64,000 nucleotides of DNA. Source: a virus (lineage: Duplodnaviria > Heunggongvirae > Uroviricota > Caudoviricetes). The stretch lies in the IMG/VR virus record IMGVR_UViG_3300021256_000003, positions 1 to 64,000 of that record. The stretch is one strand, 5' to 3'. Positions 17,306-26,163 of the stretch are shown here, piece after piece. The position numbers were made by a program, and so were the translations under genes. The notes beneath the pieces are model-generated. The model was given only the letters and a program-made list of their open reading frames with translations. It was not told where the DNA came from and did not search any database. Every line of letters begins with the position of its first letter. Position 1 is the first letter of the stretch.

Positions 17306-17995
17306 ATGAAGAAAATCACAAGTATTTTTATGGTACTGACTGTGGCTATGTGCATGATGTTTACTGCTTGTAATGGTTGTAGCCAGAAAAATGAACCTGT
17401 TAATGAGATTACTTATCCCGTGGCTGGTTTAAATGTGGAACGTGTTACCGCCACTGACTTTGAGTACATGACTGCCAACTATGGTAATGACTATCGTTGG
17501 TACGAATGCTGTATCGATGCTAAAGATTGGATTGATGAAAGCGATACATTCTATGTCAACGGTATTGCCAACGTATTCTATAAGGTGTATTTCAATGAGG
17601 ATAGTACGTCTGGTACTGCAAAGGTATATCTGCTTGCACACGTTGGTGATGTATTTACTATTGACTCGACAGAGGGTATTTGGGTTGGTGATGAGCCTAT
17701 GAACGAATTTAATCCTATGAAGATTAATTTTGCTCAAGCTTATGATGCGATGATGAGAACAAATTGTATTAAACCTCATAGTCGTCACTGTGTCCTTCGT
17801 AAGGAACTTGGCCCTCTAGACGCTGCTCCTCAATATATCTTTGGTAATCAAGAGATTCAAGTATATGTGGATGCCCAGAATGGCAGTGTAAATGTTGACA
17901 ACCCAGTGTTTCCTGTGGATGCTAATGACATTCCCGCTGATCGTTCTGAGAATGACAGCACTCTAAAGAAACTAGGCTACGCATTTAGTTGGTAA
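17306..17995 (+). CDS. lipoprotein (moderately GC-rich)
   Basis: Signal peptide plus lipobox MMFTAC. Elevated GC relative to neighbours. Confidence 0.55.
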   Translation: MKKITSIFMVLTVAMCMMFTACNGCSQKNEPVNEITYPVAGLNVERVTATDFEYMTANYGNDYRWYECCIDAKDWIDESDTFYVNGIANVFYKVYFNEDSTSGTAKVYLLAHVGDVFTIDSTEGIWVGDEPMNEFNPMKINFAQAYDAMMRTNCIKPHSRHCVLRKELGPLDAAPQYIFGNQEIQVYVDAQNGSVNVDNPVFPVDANDIPADRSENDSTLKKLGYAFSW

Positions 17996-18027
17996 TTCTA
18001 TAGCTCAGTTCAAATACTGAGCATCTT

Positions 18028-18104
18028 GTATCCGTAGCTCAGCTGGTATTTAGAGCACAGGATTTTTAATCCTGGAGTCGTGGGTTCGAACCCCACCGGA
18101 TACA
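18028..18104 (+). tRNA. tRNA-Lys (anticodon TTT)
   Basis: Acceptor GTATCCG/CGGATAC, anticodon stem CAGGA/TCCTG with loop TTTTTAA, T arm GTGGG-TTCGAAC-CCCAC. Confidence 0.85.
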
Positions 18105-18113
18105 CTAACTAAT

Positions 18114-18186
18114 ACTGATGTAGCTCAGTGGTTAGAGCAGATGCCTTATAAGCATCAGGTCGCTGGTTCAAGCCCAGCCATCAGTA
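18114..18186 (+). tRNA. tRNA-Ile (anticodon TAT, reads AUA)
   Basis: Acceptor ACTGATG/CATCAGT, anticodon stem GATGC/GCATC with loop CTTATAA, T arm GCTGG-TTCAAGC-CCAGC. Confidence 0.8.
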
Positions 18187-18204
18187 CATTAAAATTTTTA
18201 CACA

Positions 18205-18741
18205 ATGAAATTAAAATATAGAATACAACGAAGTATTGGAAATATCTATAAAAAGATATTTGGTTATAAATTTGTAAATTTTAGTTCATTAAAAGAATAT
18301 CATGATTGGTATAATTCTAAAAAGTTTGAATTCTATTGTAAGATAGGATTATTTAATGGACACTATGATAGTCCAATACAAACAAGTCTTAAATTAACAA
18401 GTCCTGATATGTTTGATTGGAATGAAATTAAACAAGAGCATGGTCCAAATTTAAAACTTATCTGTGAAGAATGTCAAGATAAGTTCGGTAAGCTTTGTGT
18501 TTTTAATTCTAGTTATACAAATAAATCTATAATACTTACAGCTGGTAAGTTTACTGGTATAGAGATAACACATGAAGATTATTACTATATAGTTGAATAT
18601 GGTGATGGTCATACTAGTTATAGCAGTTGTGCAGGAAGAATATTATTTATAGATGAAGATAAATCCACTAAAAAACAAATTGATACTGAATTAGGACCTT
18701 TAACAATATTTGAATATCAAGGAATAAATTATGTAAAATAA
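18205..18741 (+). CDS. hypothetical protein
   Basis: 178 aa ORF. Confidence 0.5.
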   Translation: MKLKYRIQRSIGNIYKKIFGYKFVNFSSLKEYHDWYNSKKFEFYCKIGLFNGHYDSPIQTSLKLTSPDMFDWNEIKQEHGPNLKLICEECQDKFGKLCVFNSSYTNKSIILTAGKFTGIEITHEDYYYIVEYGDGHTSYSSCAGRILFIDEDKSTKKQIDTELGPLTIFEYQGINYVK

Positions 18742-18769
18742 GTCCTTTTTCAATATATATTCTTCTTTT

Positions 18770-19020
18770 TTATTAAAAAATACTTGGAGGTAGGCTTGGA
18801 AGCAGCCATCCTTTAAAGAGTGACATTCAACAGTACCACCCTTTATACAAAAGGGGTATAAAGTGTGTTGGTACACAATGTTGAGTAAACGTAAAACGTG
18901 ACACTAACATATTGTTGAGTAATCCTGTGAGAGTCGACGAGAGCAGGTCAACGCAATATGTAACTTTAAGTTTGCAATGAAAGTGGTCTTTGGTGTAATA
19001 ACACACAAGTATTTTTTTTT
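18770..19020 (+). ncRNA. candidate structured non-coding RNA in the tRNA cluster (unknown family)
   Basis: 250 nt with no ORF and locally elevated GC. Several stems, for example CTTTATA-loop-TATAAAG and GTACCAC...GTGTTGGTAC. Ends in a T9 run just before a tRNA. Confidence 0.3.
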
Positions 19021-19024
19021 CAAT

Positions 19025-19096
19025 GCTTCTGGAGTCTAGTTGGTAAAATGCGGGATTTGTACTCCTGAGTCCACAGTTCGAATCTGTGCAGAAGCT
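19025..19096 (+). tRNA. tRNA-Thr (anticodon TGT), imperfect D stem
   Basis: Acceptor GCTTCTG/CAGAAGC, anticodon stem CGGGA/TCCTG with loop TTTGTAC, T arm CACAG-TTCGAAT-CTGTG. The D stem has 3 of 4 pairs and G at position 8. Confidence 0.5.
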
Positions 19097-19124
19097 CTAT
19101 ATAATATATAAAATATAATTAAAT

Positions 19125-19724
19125 ATGAAAGTTGATTGGAATAATGAAAAGGAAAATTTAGCTCGTATGATTTAGAATAAAGAATCATATGAATCTATAG
19201 GAAGATATTATAGTGTTTCTGGAACAACTATTAAGAAAACTGCTATCAAGCTTGGAATCGAACTAGAACCAAGAAGAACAATAAATAAGGTTGAAACATT
19301 CTAGAAAGGAATAATAAAGACACATCGTTATTGTTTAAATTGTGGTAAAGAATTAGAAGGACAAAAAAAGTCTAAAAATATTTTTTGTGATTGTACATGC
19401 CAACATGAGTATGAATATAAAGAATATATTCGTCGTTGGAAAAATGGTGAAGAAAATGGTTTGAATGGTGAATATGGTATATCAAATCACATTAAACATT
19501 ACCTTTTCGAAAAACATAATTGTAAATGTGAAAAATGTGGTTGGGGTAAAACAAATGAATTCACTGGTACAATACCATTGGAAATACATCATATAGATGG
19601 CAATTATAAAAATAATAAAGAGGAAAATCTTCAATTACTTTGTCCAAATTGTCACTCATTGACAGAAACATATAAATCACATAATAAAAAAGGTAGACAA
19701 GGAAGAAAAAAATATTATAAATAG
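19125..19724 (+). CDS. HNH homing endonuclease (N-terminal HTH + Zn finger + HNH) containing two in-frame TAG codons
   Basis: A single frame runs from ATG 19125 to TAA 19722-19724, interrupted only by TAG at 19173-19175 and 19302-19304. It contains IGRYYSVSGTTIKKTAIKLGI (HTH), CLNCG...CDCTC (Zn finger) and HHIDGNYKNNKEENLQLLCPNCH (HNH). The ORF track shows only the last 87 aa. Confidence 0.6.
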
Positions 19725-19795
19725 CCGTTACCCTAATTGGTTAAGAGATTAATTTAATCAGCCTGTCGTGGGTTCAAGTCCCTCCGGCGGCTCAA
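19723..19795 (+). pseudogene. tRNA-like remnant (good T arm/acceptor, no foldable anticodon arm)
   Basis: GTGGG-TTCAAGT-CCCTC T arm and partial acceptor pairing GCCGTTA/..CGGCGGC. The central region folds only as GATTA-ATT-TAATC. It directly abuts the HNH gene stop. Confidence 0.3.
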
Positions 19796-19800
19796 CTTAT

Positions 19801-19874
19801 AGTTCCGTAGTTCAGTTTGGTTAGAATACATGCCTGTCACGCATGGGGTCGCGGGTTCGAGTCCCGTCGGAACT
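19801..19874 (+). tRNA. tRNA-Asp (anticodon GTC)
   Basis: Acceptor AGTTCCG/CGGAACT, anticodon stem CATGC/GCATG with loop CTGTCAC, T arm GCGGG-TTCGAGT-CCCGT. Confidence 0.85.
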
Positions 19875-19883
19875 GCTTATTTT

Positions 19884-19956
19884 GGACAGATAGCTCAGCT
19901 GGTAGAGCGCGGGCCTGAAGAGCCCGGCGTCGTTGGTTCAAATCCAACTCTGTCCA
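19884..19956 (+). tRNA. tRNA-Phe (anticodon GAA)
   Basis: Acceptor GGACAGA/TCTGTCC, D arm GCTC..GAGC, anticodon stem CGGGC/GCCCG with loop CTGAAGA, T arm GTTGG-TTCAAAT-CCAAC. Confidence 0.85.
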
Positions 19957-20070
19957 CAAGTAATATTTAACGAAAAATAAGTCTAGAAAATAGTAGTTCA
20001 CGCCTACACCACTGGCACCAGTTACCCTGACCAGGATAGACTAAGAGTGTAAGTCGTCTAGACTTTATAC

Positions 20071-20141
20071 TGGAGTGTAGTTTAGAGGTAAAATGTCGCT
20101 CTCCAAAAGCGAAGTCGGGGGTTCGATTCCCTCCACTCCTG
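20071..20141 (+). tRNA. tRNA-Trp (anticodon CCA)
   Basis: Acceptor (T)GGAGTG/CACTCCT, anticodon stem TCGCT/AGCGA with loop CTCCAAA, T arm GGGGG-TTCGATT-CCCTC. Confidence 0.7.
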
Positions 20142-20155
20142 CTAAATTTTAGGAA

Positions 20156-20446
20156 ATGGAAACAGAATATCGTATAAAAACTAAATTCAAACCAGGAGAT
20201 ACTGTGTTTGCACTTAATAAGTATCCTGCTGGAGGTCGTATATTTAATACAATAATACACGATATTTGTATATGTATAGATAAAGCTGGAATACACATTA
20301 AGTATCAAATTCCTGAACGTTTAAAAATGCCTATGCCAGAATCTTCTTTATTTGAAACTATGGAAGAAGCTGAACAAGCTAAACAAGAATGGTTAAATAA
20401 ACCAGAGGTAAAAGAGCGTTCAGATAGATTAAAAAACTTAAAGTAA
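20156..20446 (+). CDS. hypothetical protein
   Basis: 96 aa ORF. Confidence 0.45.
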   Translation: METEYRIKTKFKPGDTVFALNKYPAGGRIFNTIIHDICICIDKAGIHIKYQIPERLKMPMPESSLFETMEEAEQAKQEWLNKPEVKERSDRLKNLK

Positions 20447-20826
20447 TGGAAAAGAATGTTACTGAATTAAAATTCAATATAGGTGATATTATTGAATATA
20501 TTGGTCCTAGAAAAGAGTTAGTTTCTGAACGATATGTAATTAGGAATATTAACAATGATTGCTATATTACAAACAAAAATAATATTCCGATCAAATTCCA
20601 AGAGCATTATAGGCTAGTGTCTGAAAATAATGAAGTTGATATAACTAAATTAAACGCTTTAGCTTATCTTGAACAGCTTGGATATGTTTGTTTACCTCCA
20701 GATTATAAAACTTATATAGCAACATGTATTGGACCTGGAGAAAATACGGCTTTATATACTTTTAAAACTACAGATATTCCAAGTCCTTTCGGTAAGAAAC
20801 TTGATATTATAATTGTTAAAAAATGA
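20446..20826 (+). CDS. hypothetical protein
   Basis: 126 aa ORF. Confidence 0.45.
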   Translation: MEKNVTELKFNIGDIIEYIGPRKELVSERYVIRNINNDCYITNKNNIPIKFQEHYRLVSENNEVDITKLNALAYLEQLGYVCLPPDYKTYIATCIGPGENTALYTFKTTDIPSPFGKKLDIIIVKK

Positions 20827-21190
20827 GTTATATAATATGAAGAATTATGTAAGTTTTGAAACATCAAAACTTTTAAAAGAGAAAGGATTTGATGAGCCTA
20901 CTAATTGTTTTTATTTTATAAATGGAACATTTAGTAATAATAATTTTTATACAAAGAATTCATATACAAGACATTATGCAGCTCCTACCCTCCAAATAAC
21001 AATGGAGTGGTTAAGAAAAACACATTTTCTTTTTATAGATATTAACCCATTAACAGGTTATAAATGGTCATGGTCAATTTGGCTTATGAATGATCCAAAT
21101 CAAAAAGTGGGCGAATCGGTAGAAGTTTTTTCTACCGATAAAGAAGCGATAGAAGCAGCAATTAAATATGGTCTTGAAAATTTAATTTAA
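20813..21190 (+). CDS. hypothetical protein
   Basis: 125 aa ORF. Confidence 0.45.
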   Translation: MLKNELYNMKNYVSFETSKLLKEKGFDEPTNCFYFINGTFSNNNFYTKNSYTRHYAAPTLQITMEWLRKTHFLFIDINPLTGYKWSWSIWLMNDPNQKVGESVEVFSTDKEAIEAAIKYGLENLI

Positions 21191-21192
21191 CT

Positions 21193-22800
21193 ATGGAAAA
21201 CTATAAAAAGAAATACGAAGATTCTCTTGAAAGATGCAAGAAAGAGTTTAATTTTGATAATCTTGCATATTCTCACGAGGAGATAAAACAAAGACTTGAA
21301 CGTGTCTTCCCCGAACTTAAAGAGAGTGAGGATGAGAGGATAAGGAGAGGTTTAATAGCAAAATTATCTCAAGATAAAGAGTTGCACCACAAAGAAATTG
21401 CTTGGCTTGAAAAACAAAGTAAACAAGAACAATTATATATTCGCTTTGGTGAAATTCCAGCTGATGAAAAATCTAAGATTTACCAAGGAGAAATAGAAGT
21501 TGGTACTGAAAATGGAGTATCTGTTTATCCTGCCTTTAAAACAGATGAAGGAAATATTGTTTTAGGGTTAAATTTACCTATAACAAAGACTACTTTATAT
21601 ACTCAACAACATTTGCTTGAATATGACAACAGACCATGTTATCTTGTAAAAGGTAATTATGTCGGTAAGGATTTTGACGGACAGCCTTTGATTAACAATA
21701 TTAGTATTATTGAAAAGATTGATGGCTATAGAATCAAAGAAAAAAATCAAGGCAATCAAGCAAATCCATACAGCGGAATATCATTTGAATACAATGGCCA
21801 CACTTGGGGAATGTGTGCAAGAGATAATGGAGTAGAAATTTTAATAGATAGTAATCTTAAAGCTTTTATTTCATTAGAAAAATCTTTTATCTATCCTGTT
21901 TATCCTCAGCCAGTTCTTGCACCAAAATCAGCACTTGAAGCAAGTAAAGAAGAAAAGATTAATAATCAGAATTGTGTTAAACCTGCTGATAAGATCGAGC
22001 CAAAGTTTAAGGTTGGTGATTGGATTACTGATGGTACAAGTACGTTTCAGATTGTAAAAATAGAAGATGAATGGTACATTGCAGATGATGGAGACAAAGT
22101 CTGTTTCTATGTAGTTCATCAATATTATCACCTTTGGACAATTCAAGATGCAGAAGATGGCGATGTACTTGCAAGTGATAATGGATGTCCTTTTATTTAT
22201 AAAGAATCTAATGATACAAAGGCACAATTTTACTGTTGTGTAGGCATTACTAATAGGTTCTGCATTGGCGATGATACAATTTATTGTGGATATAAAGAAT
22301 CATCTAAACCAGCTACAAATAAACAGTATGATCTCTTATTTCAAAAGATGAAAGAGGCAGGTTATGAATGGGATGCTGAGAAAAAAGAGTTAAAGAAAAT
22401 TGAATCGAAATCTGCTAAGTGTATTCAATGGACAGGCAAGAATCTAAAAGAGGTTATAGACTTTACAGGTAAAAGTGCAAGATTTGACGAATGGTTCAAG
22501 TCTTGGGATGAATATGAAGCTTATGTTCATTCTCACGGAGATATTTTTAAACTGTTCTGTGTAGACGGAAGTCACTATGAAGTTCCAGTAGGTGCATGGA
22601 TAGTTAAGACTCCGGATGGTTATAACATTCCTTCTAGTTTTAGATTCGTTCCGAAACTTGCCGAATGGAATGAAGAAGATGAAGACATGTTCAATAATGT
22701 TATCATGTGTTTAGACGGTAATTTTAAGTCTGATAAAAGTATGATAAATTGGATTAAATCTATCAAAAATAGATACACTCGAAAGTCTGACAAGGAGTAA
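21193..22800 (+). CDS. hypothetical protein (535 aa)
   Basis: Long ORF with no recognised motif. Confidence 0.5.
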   Translation: MENYKKKYEDSLERCKKEFNFDNLAYSHEEIKQRLERVFPELKESEDERIRRGLIAKLSQDKELHHKEIAWLEKQSKQEQLYIRFGEIPADEKSKIYQGEIEVGTENGVSVYPAFKTDEGNIVLGLNLPITKTTLYTQQHLLEYDNRPCYLVKGNYVGKDFDGQPLINNISIIEKIDGYRIKEKNQGNQANPYSGISFEYNGHTWGMCARDNGVEILIDSNLKAFISLEKSFIYPVYPQPVLAPKSALEASKEEKINNQNCVKPADKIEPKFKVGDWITDGTSTFQIVKIEDEWYIADDGDKVCFYVVHQYYHLWTIQDAEDGDVLASDNGCPFIYKESNDTKAQFYCCVGITNRFCIGDDTIYCGYKESSKPATNKQYDLLFQKMKEAGYEWDAEKKELKKIESKSAKCIQWTGKNLKEVIDFTGKSARFDEWFKSWDEYEAYVHSHGDIFKLFCVDGSHYEVPVGAWIVKTPDGYNIPSSFRFVPKLAEWNEEDEDMFNNVIMCLDGNFKSDKSMINWIKSIKNRYTRKSDKE

Positions 22801-22899
22801 CTATTATAGTTAAGATGTGCTATAAGCGGATGTTTCTATAATATAGAACCATTTGTATTATTAGAAGACAACTTAAATAACCCTAAATGGAGGTAGACT

Positions 22900-23073
22900 A
22901 TGAGTAGAGCAAAGGCGAAACTAGCAATAGTCCATGATTTACAAAGTAAGCAATCTGATATAATCTTAACAAAGAAAGATTGTGATATGATTGCAGCTGC
23001 GTTATTGGAAAAGTATGAATATTCAGAAGTTAAGGAAATGTATTTATTTTTTAAAAGATTAGGATACATATGA
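22900..23073 (+). CDS. small hypothetical protein (57 aa), below the ORF-track cut-off
   Basis: ATG preceded by AAATGGAGGTAGACT. Its stop overlaps the next ATG (ATGA). The listed minus ORF 22836-23069 is likely spurious. Confidence 0.35.
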   Translation: MSRAKAKLAIVHDLQSKQSDIILTKKDCDMIAAALLEKYEYSEVKEMYLFFKRLGYI

Positions 23074-23375
23074 AATTAGTAGACAAAGACACTATAGTTG
23101 CTGAAATAGAAAAAAGATTAAATGCTAATGGATCGTTTGACGAATTTGGTGACGAAACGTGGTTTGAAGAAAATTGTTGGCTTGCAGCTTATAAGTCTAT
23201 TCTCTCATTCATAAATACCCTTGAAACGAAAGAAGTGGATTTGGACAGAGAAATCAGACGTTATAGAATGAGGAATCCCATTATACAACATAGAGAAGAA
23301 TCACTATATGACTACATGGCAAATGTTGCTAAACACTTCTTTAAACTAGGTCTTAATGCAAAAAAGAAGGAATAG
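23070..23375 (+). CDS. hypothetical protein, paralog of 24211-24534
   Basis: Shared N-terminal pattern VAEIEKR...NGSF..W.DEN....L..I.SFI.TLE. Confidence 0.45.
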   Translation: MKLVDKDTIVAEIEKRLNANGSFDEFGDETWFEENCWLAAYKSILSFINTLETKEVDLDREIRRYRMRNPIIQHREESLYDYMANVAKHFFKLGLNAKKKE

Positions 23376-23377
23376 AT

Positions 23378-23626
23378 ATGCTGACAGTAATAGTGTTCAC
23401 AATTCTAATCTTCTTGCTAATATATGACGATTACCTTTATAAAAGAGGAAGATATAAGTACCGCGTTATTGTGGGTATTAAAGGTGAGAGTATTGACTCA
23501 TGGGAAGAGTATAATGTATATGCTAACCTATATCATATAGCAGAAGGTAAGGCAAAATATCTGTATGTAAAGGATAATATAGTGCCTTATGAAGAGTTAG
23601 AATGTATAACAGAAAAGATAGATTGA
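23378..23626 (+). CDS. small membrane-anchored protein
   Basis: 82 aa with an N-terminal TM helix. Confidence 0.35.
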   Translation: MLTVIVFTILIFLLIYDDYLYKRGRYKYRVIVGIKGESIDSWEEYNVYANLYHIAEGKAKYLYVKDNIVPYEELECITEKID

Positions 23627-23821
23627 ATCACATAGAAAGAAGAGTAATATGACACAAGAAGAATTAATTGAATTTCTTTCAAAAAATTTGACTATTGAAG
23701 TATCACATCCGGAACACGATGTCGGATATTATAGTACTTATATGGAACCAGACGAACATAATATTACAGTTGCAGTCAAATTATGTGGAAAACTAATCTG
23801 TAAAGGTACTTCTTATTAATT

Positions 23822-24205
23822 ATGACACAAGAAGAAAAAGAACTATTGATGAAGGATATTTCTGCAAGGTTGCAGTATAAAGTTCATTGCCGTGTCTTTA
23901 AATTAAATGAAGATATAAAAGAAAACGATGATATTTTATACGGTGTTATTGGTGATAATATTATAACATTAAAATCTAATGAAGATGAATGTTTAATGTA
24001 TTACCAAATAAAGCCCTATCTCCGTCCAATGTCTAGTATGACTAAGGAGGAAAAGGTTGAGTATGATTCTTTTAATGCTCCAACTGCTCACAGAAAAGTG
24101 TGGATTAATAAAATCGATTGGCTATTATCTAAACATTTTGACCTACGTGGTCTTATTCCGATGGGACTTGCATTGGAGATGCCTGAAGGAATGTATAATA
24201 ATTAA
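23822..24205 (+). CDS. hypothetical protein, paralog of 25246-25596
   Basis: Shared PFLRPMSSMT..EE..YESF and DYRGLIPM.LALE.P.EMY. A further truncated copy of the N-terminus lies at 23649-23822 (MTQEE...). Confidence 0.45.
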   Translation: MTQEEKELLMKDISARLQYKVHCRVFKLNEDIKENDDILYGVIGDNIITLKSNEDECLMYYQIKPYLRPMSSMTKEEKVEYDSFNAPTAHRKVWINKIDWLLSKHFDLRGLIPMGLALEMPEGMYNN

Positions 24206-24210
24206 AGATT

Positions 24211-24534
24211 ATGACACAATATATTGACAAAAACGCTGTTGTAGCGGAGATAGAGAGAAGACAAAAAGAAGAAGTGTCTTATTGTGAAAACGGCTCATTT
24301 GCCTCATGGGCTGACGAAAATCATTATTTTACTTTAGAGACTATTAAAAGTTTTATTGATACCCTTGAAGTGGAAGAGATGGACGAAAAATCTACCAAAC
24401 ATTTTCCTCACTGGAAGCCTACGAAAGAACAAATGTCTGATTTGTATCATGCCGCAACTATGAACTCTATATCTTGCCCTTCACTTAAATTACTGTACAA
24501 CGACCTAAAAGTAATAGCACAGAAAGGAGAATAA
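24211..24534 (+). CDS. hypothetical protein, paralog of 23070-23375
   Basis: See the paralog entry at 23070-23375. Confidence 0.45.
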   Translation: MTQYIDKNAVVAEIERRQKEEVSYCENGSFASWADENHYFTLETIKSFIDTLEVEEMDEKSTKHFPHWKPTKEQMSDLYHAATMNSISCPSLKLLYNDLKVIAQKGE

Positions 24535-24537
24535 TGA

Positions 24538-24834
24538 ATGATATTCTATCATGGTACATCAGAAGAAAATTGGGAAACTATTCAGAAAGAAGGTATTCTC
24601 TATGGTAGAAGATTTGTAACTGATAATGATGGTAATATTGTTAAAGAAGTAGATAGATGTACTTATCTTGCTACTGACATTGAAGAGGCTAAATATTATG
24701 GTAATGTTGTTTTACAAGTAGAATATAACCCATTCTTATCAAGACATAATAACTATAAAGAAAACTGTTGGCAAGTAAGAGTATATGAACCTATTCCTAT
24801 TTCTAAGATTAAAGTAGTAAAGAAAGGAGAATAA
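24538..24834 (+). CDS. hypothetical protein
   Basis: 98 aa ORF. Confidence 0.4.
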   Translation: MIFYHGTSEENWETIQKEGILYGRRFVTDNDGNIVKEVDRCTYLATDIEEAKYYGNVVLQVEYNPFLSRHNNYKENCWQVRVYEPIPISKIKVVKKGE

Positions 24835-24835
24835 A

Positions 24836-25249
24836 ATGCAACATTACACAACAATAGAACAAAGTAAGAAATTAGTAGAATTAGGATTGAATCCTGATAC
24901 TGCCGACATGAGTTATTCCTATGATTTTGATGATTCAAGATATATAATAACAATGACTCCAGCTAAAAGTTGGATAGTTCCCAAATATGCAGAATGTATA
25001 GAAAATCCACAAGTACTGCCTTGTTGGTCTCTTGGTGCATTGTTGAAATTATTAAGAGAGTATAATGACTGCAATAAACTTGATATCTTTTCAAATAGAA
25101 GCCAAAAGTGGCAGATTACAATATCCTACTATGATGTTGTATGGAAAGAGCATGAAGAAGTAAGTATAAACTTGCTTGAAGCATCCTACTCCATGATAGT
25201 ATGGCTGCTAGAAAATGAATATATCAAAACTGAAAAGGAAATATCATGA
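24836..25249 (+). CDS. hypothetical protein
   Basis: 137 aa ORF. Confidence 0.4.
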   Translation: MQHYTTIEQSKKLVELGLNPDTADMSYSYDFDDSRYIITMTPAKSWIVPKYAECIENPQVLPCWSLGALLKLLREYNDCNKLDIFSNRSQKWQITISYYDVVWKEHEEVSINLLEASYSMIVWLLENEYIKTEKEIS

Positions 25250-25596
25250 ATGTAAATGACTATTCTGTTCTAATAAAAGAGTTTAGCGAAAGACTTCCGC
25301 ACGATTTGTATTTTTCCCATTGCGGTAAAGTACATAAATTGAAATCAGTTGAACTTGACAGTAAAAATGTCCTCAACAACAAATATCCTATTGAAATATG
25401 TTATCCATTTCTTCGCCCGATGTCAAGTATGACAAATGATGAAGAAGAAACTTATGAATCATTTATTATTGGTATTGCAACGGATGAAGTTGGTGCTTGG
25501 GAATTAACTGATTGGCTCAACAAAAATAAATTTGACTATCGTGGTCTAATTCCTATGAGTCTTGCACTTGAAGCACCCAAAGAAATGTATGCCTAA
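25246..25596 (+). CDS. hypothetical protein, paralog of 23822-24205
   Basis: See the paralog entry at 23822-24205. Confidence 0.45.
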   Translation: MNVNDYSVLIKEFSERLPHDLYFSHCGKVHKLKSVELDSKNVLNNKYPIEICYPFLRPMSSMTNDEEETYESFIIGIATDEVGAWELTDWLNKNKFDYRGLIPMSLALEAPKEMYA

Positions 25597-25752
25597 AAGT
25601 TTAATAATAAGTATTATTAGTTTTATTATTTATTTTCTATCGATTAAATTTGAAAATAAATATCATTGTGATTGGTTTAATTGGACTGTTCAATACGTTG
25701 TGTTAATTATTGGGACAATTAATTTAATAATATATTTTGATATTTATATCTT

Positions 25753-26163
25753 ATGAATAATAAATTAACAATCGTTCATCATAAAAATAAATGGGATTGG
25801 GGTGAAAGTATTATATGTATTACGAATGATGGATATGGAAGTGCAACATTAAGTTTTACTGCTGAACCTATTTATGATGGAGAATCCGATAAAGTACAAT
25901 ACATAAAACAAGCAACTATCTCCGGTGTGTCAGTATATACTACTGAGAGACAGAAAGGTTATGGTAATCTTCTTTTAGAAGATTGTGAGAATTTAGCTAA
26001 AGAAGCTGGATATAAAGAAGTCTACTTATGGTCAGAATTAAATTCTGAGCCGTATAAATGGTATAAGCGTCATGGTTATATAGATACTAATGAATTAAGT
26101 TATATTCCATCAGAAGATAATACCTCTAATCCTGTTGTTAAACTAATGAAAATGTTAACATGA
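25753..26163 (+). CDS. GNAT-family N-acetyltransferase
   Basis: Motif A-like RQKGYGNLLL and overall GNAT fold pattern. Confidence 0.55.
   Translation: MNNKLTIVHHKNKWDWGESIICITNDGYGSATLSFTAEPIYDGESDKVQYIKQATISGVSVYTTERQKGYGNLLLEDCENLAKEAGYKEVYLWSELNSEPYKWYKRHGYIDTNELSYIPSEDNTSNPVVKLMKMLT

Noticed and set aside
19967-20308. 113-aa minus-strand ORF spanning the tRNA-Trp gene and an intergenic repeat
   Set aside because: It overlaps a well-folding tRNA and the start of a plus-strand gene, so it is almost certainly non-coding.
22836-23069. 77-aa minus-strand ORF
   Set aside because: A better plus-strand small ORF (22900-23073) with a GGAGG-like upstream element occupies the same region in an otherwise plus-only block.
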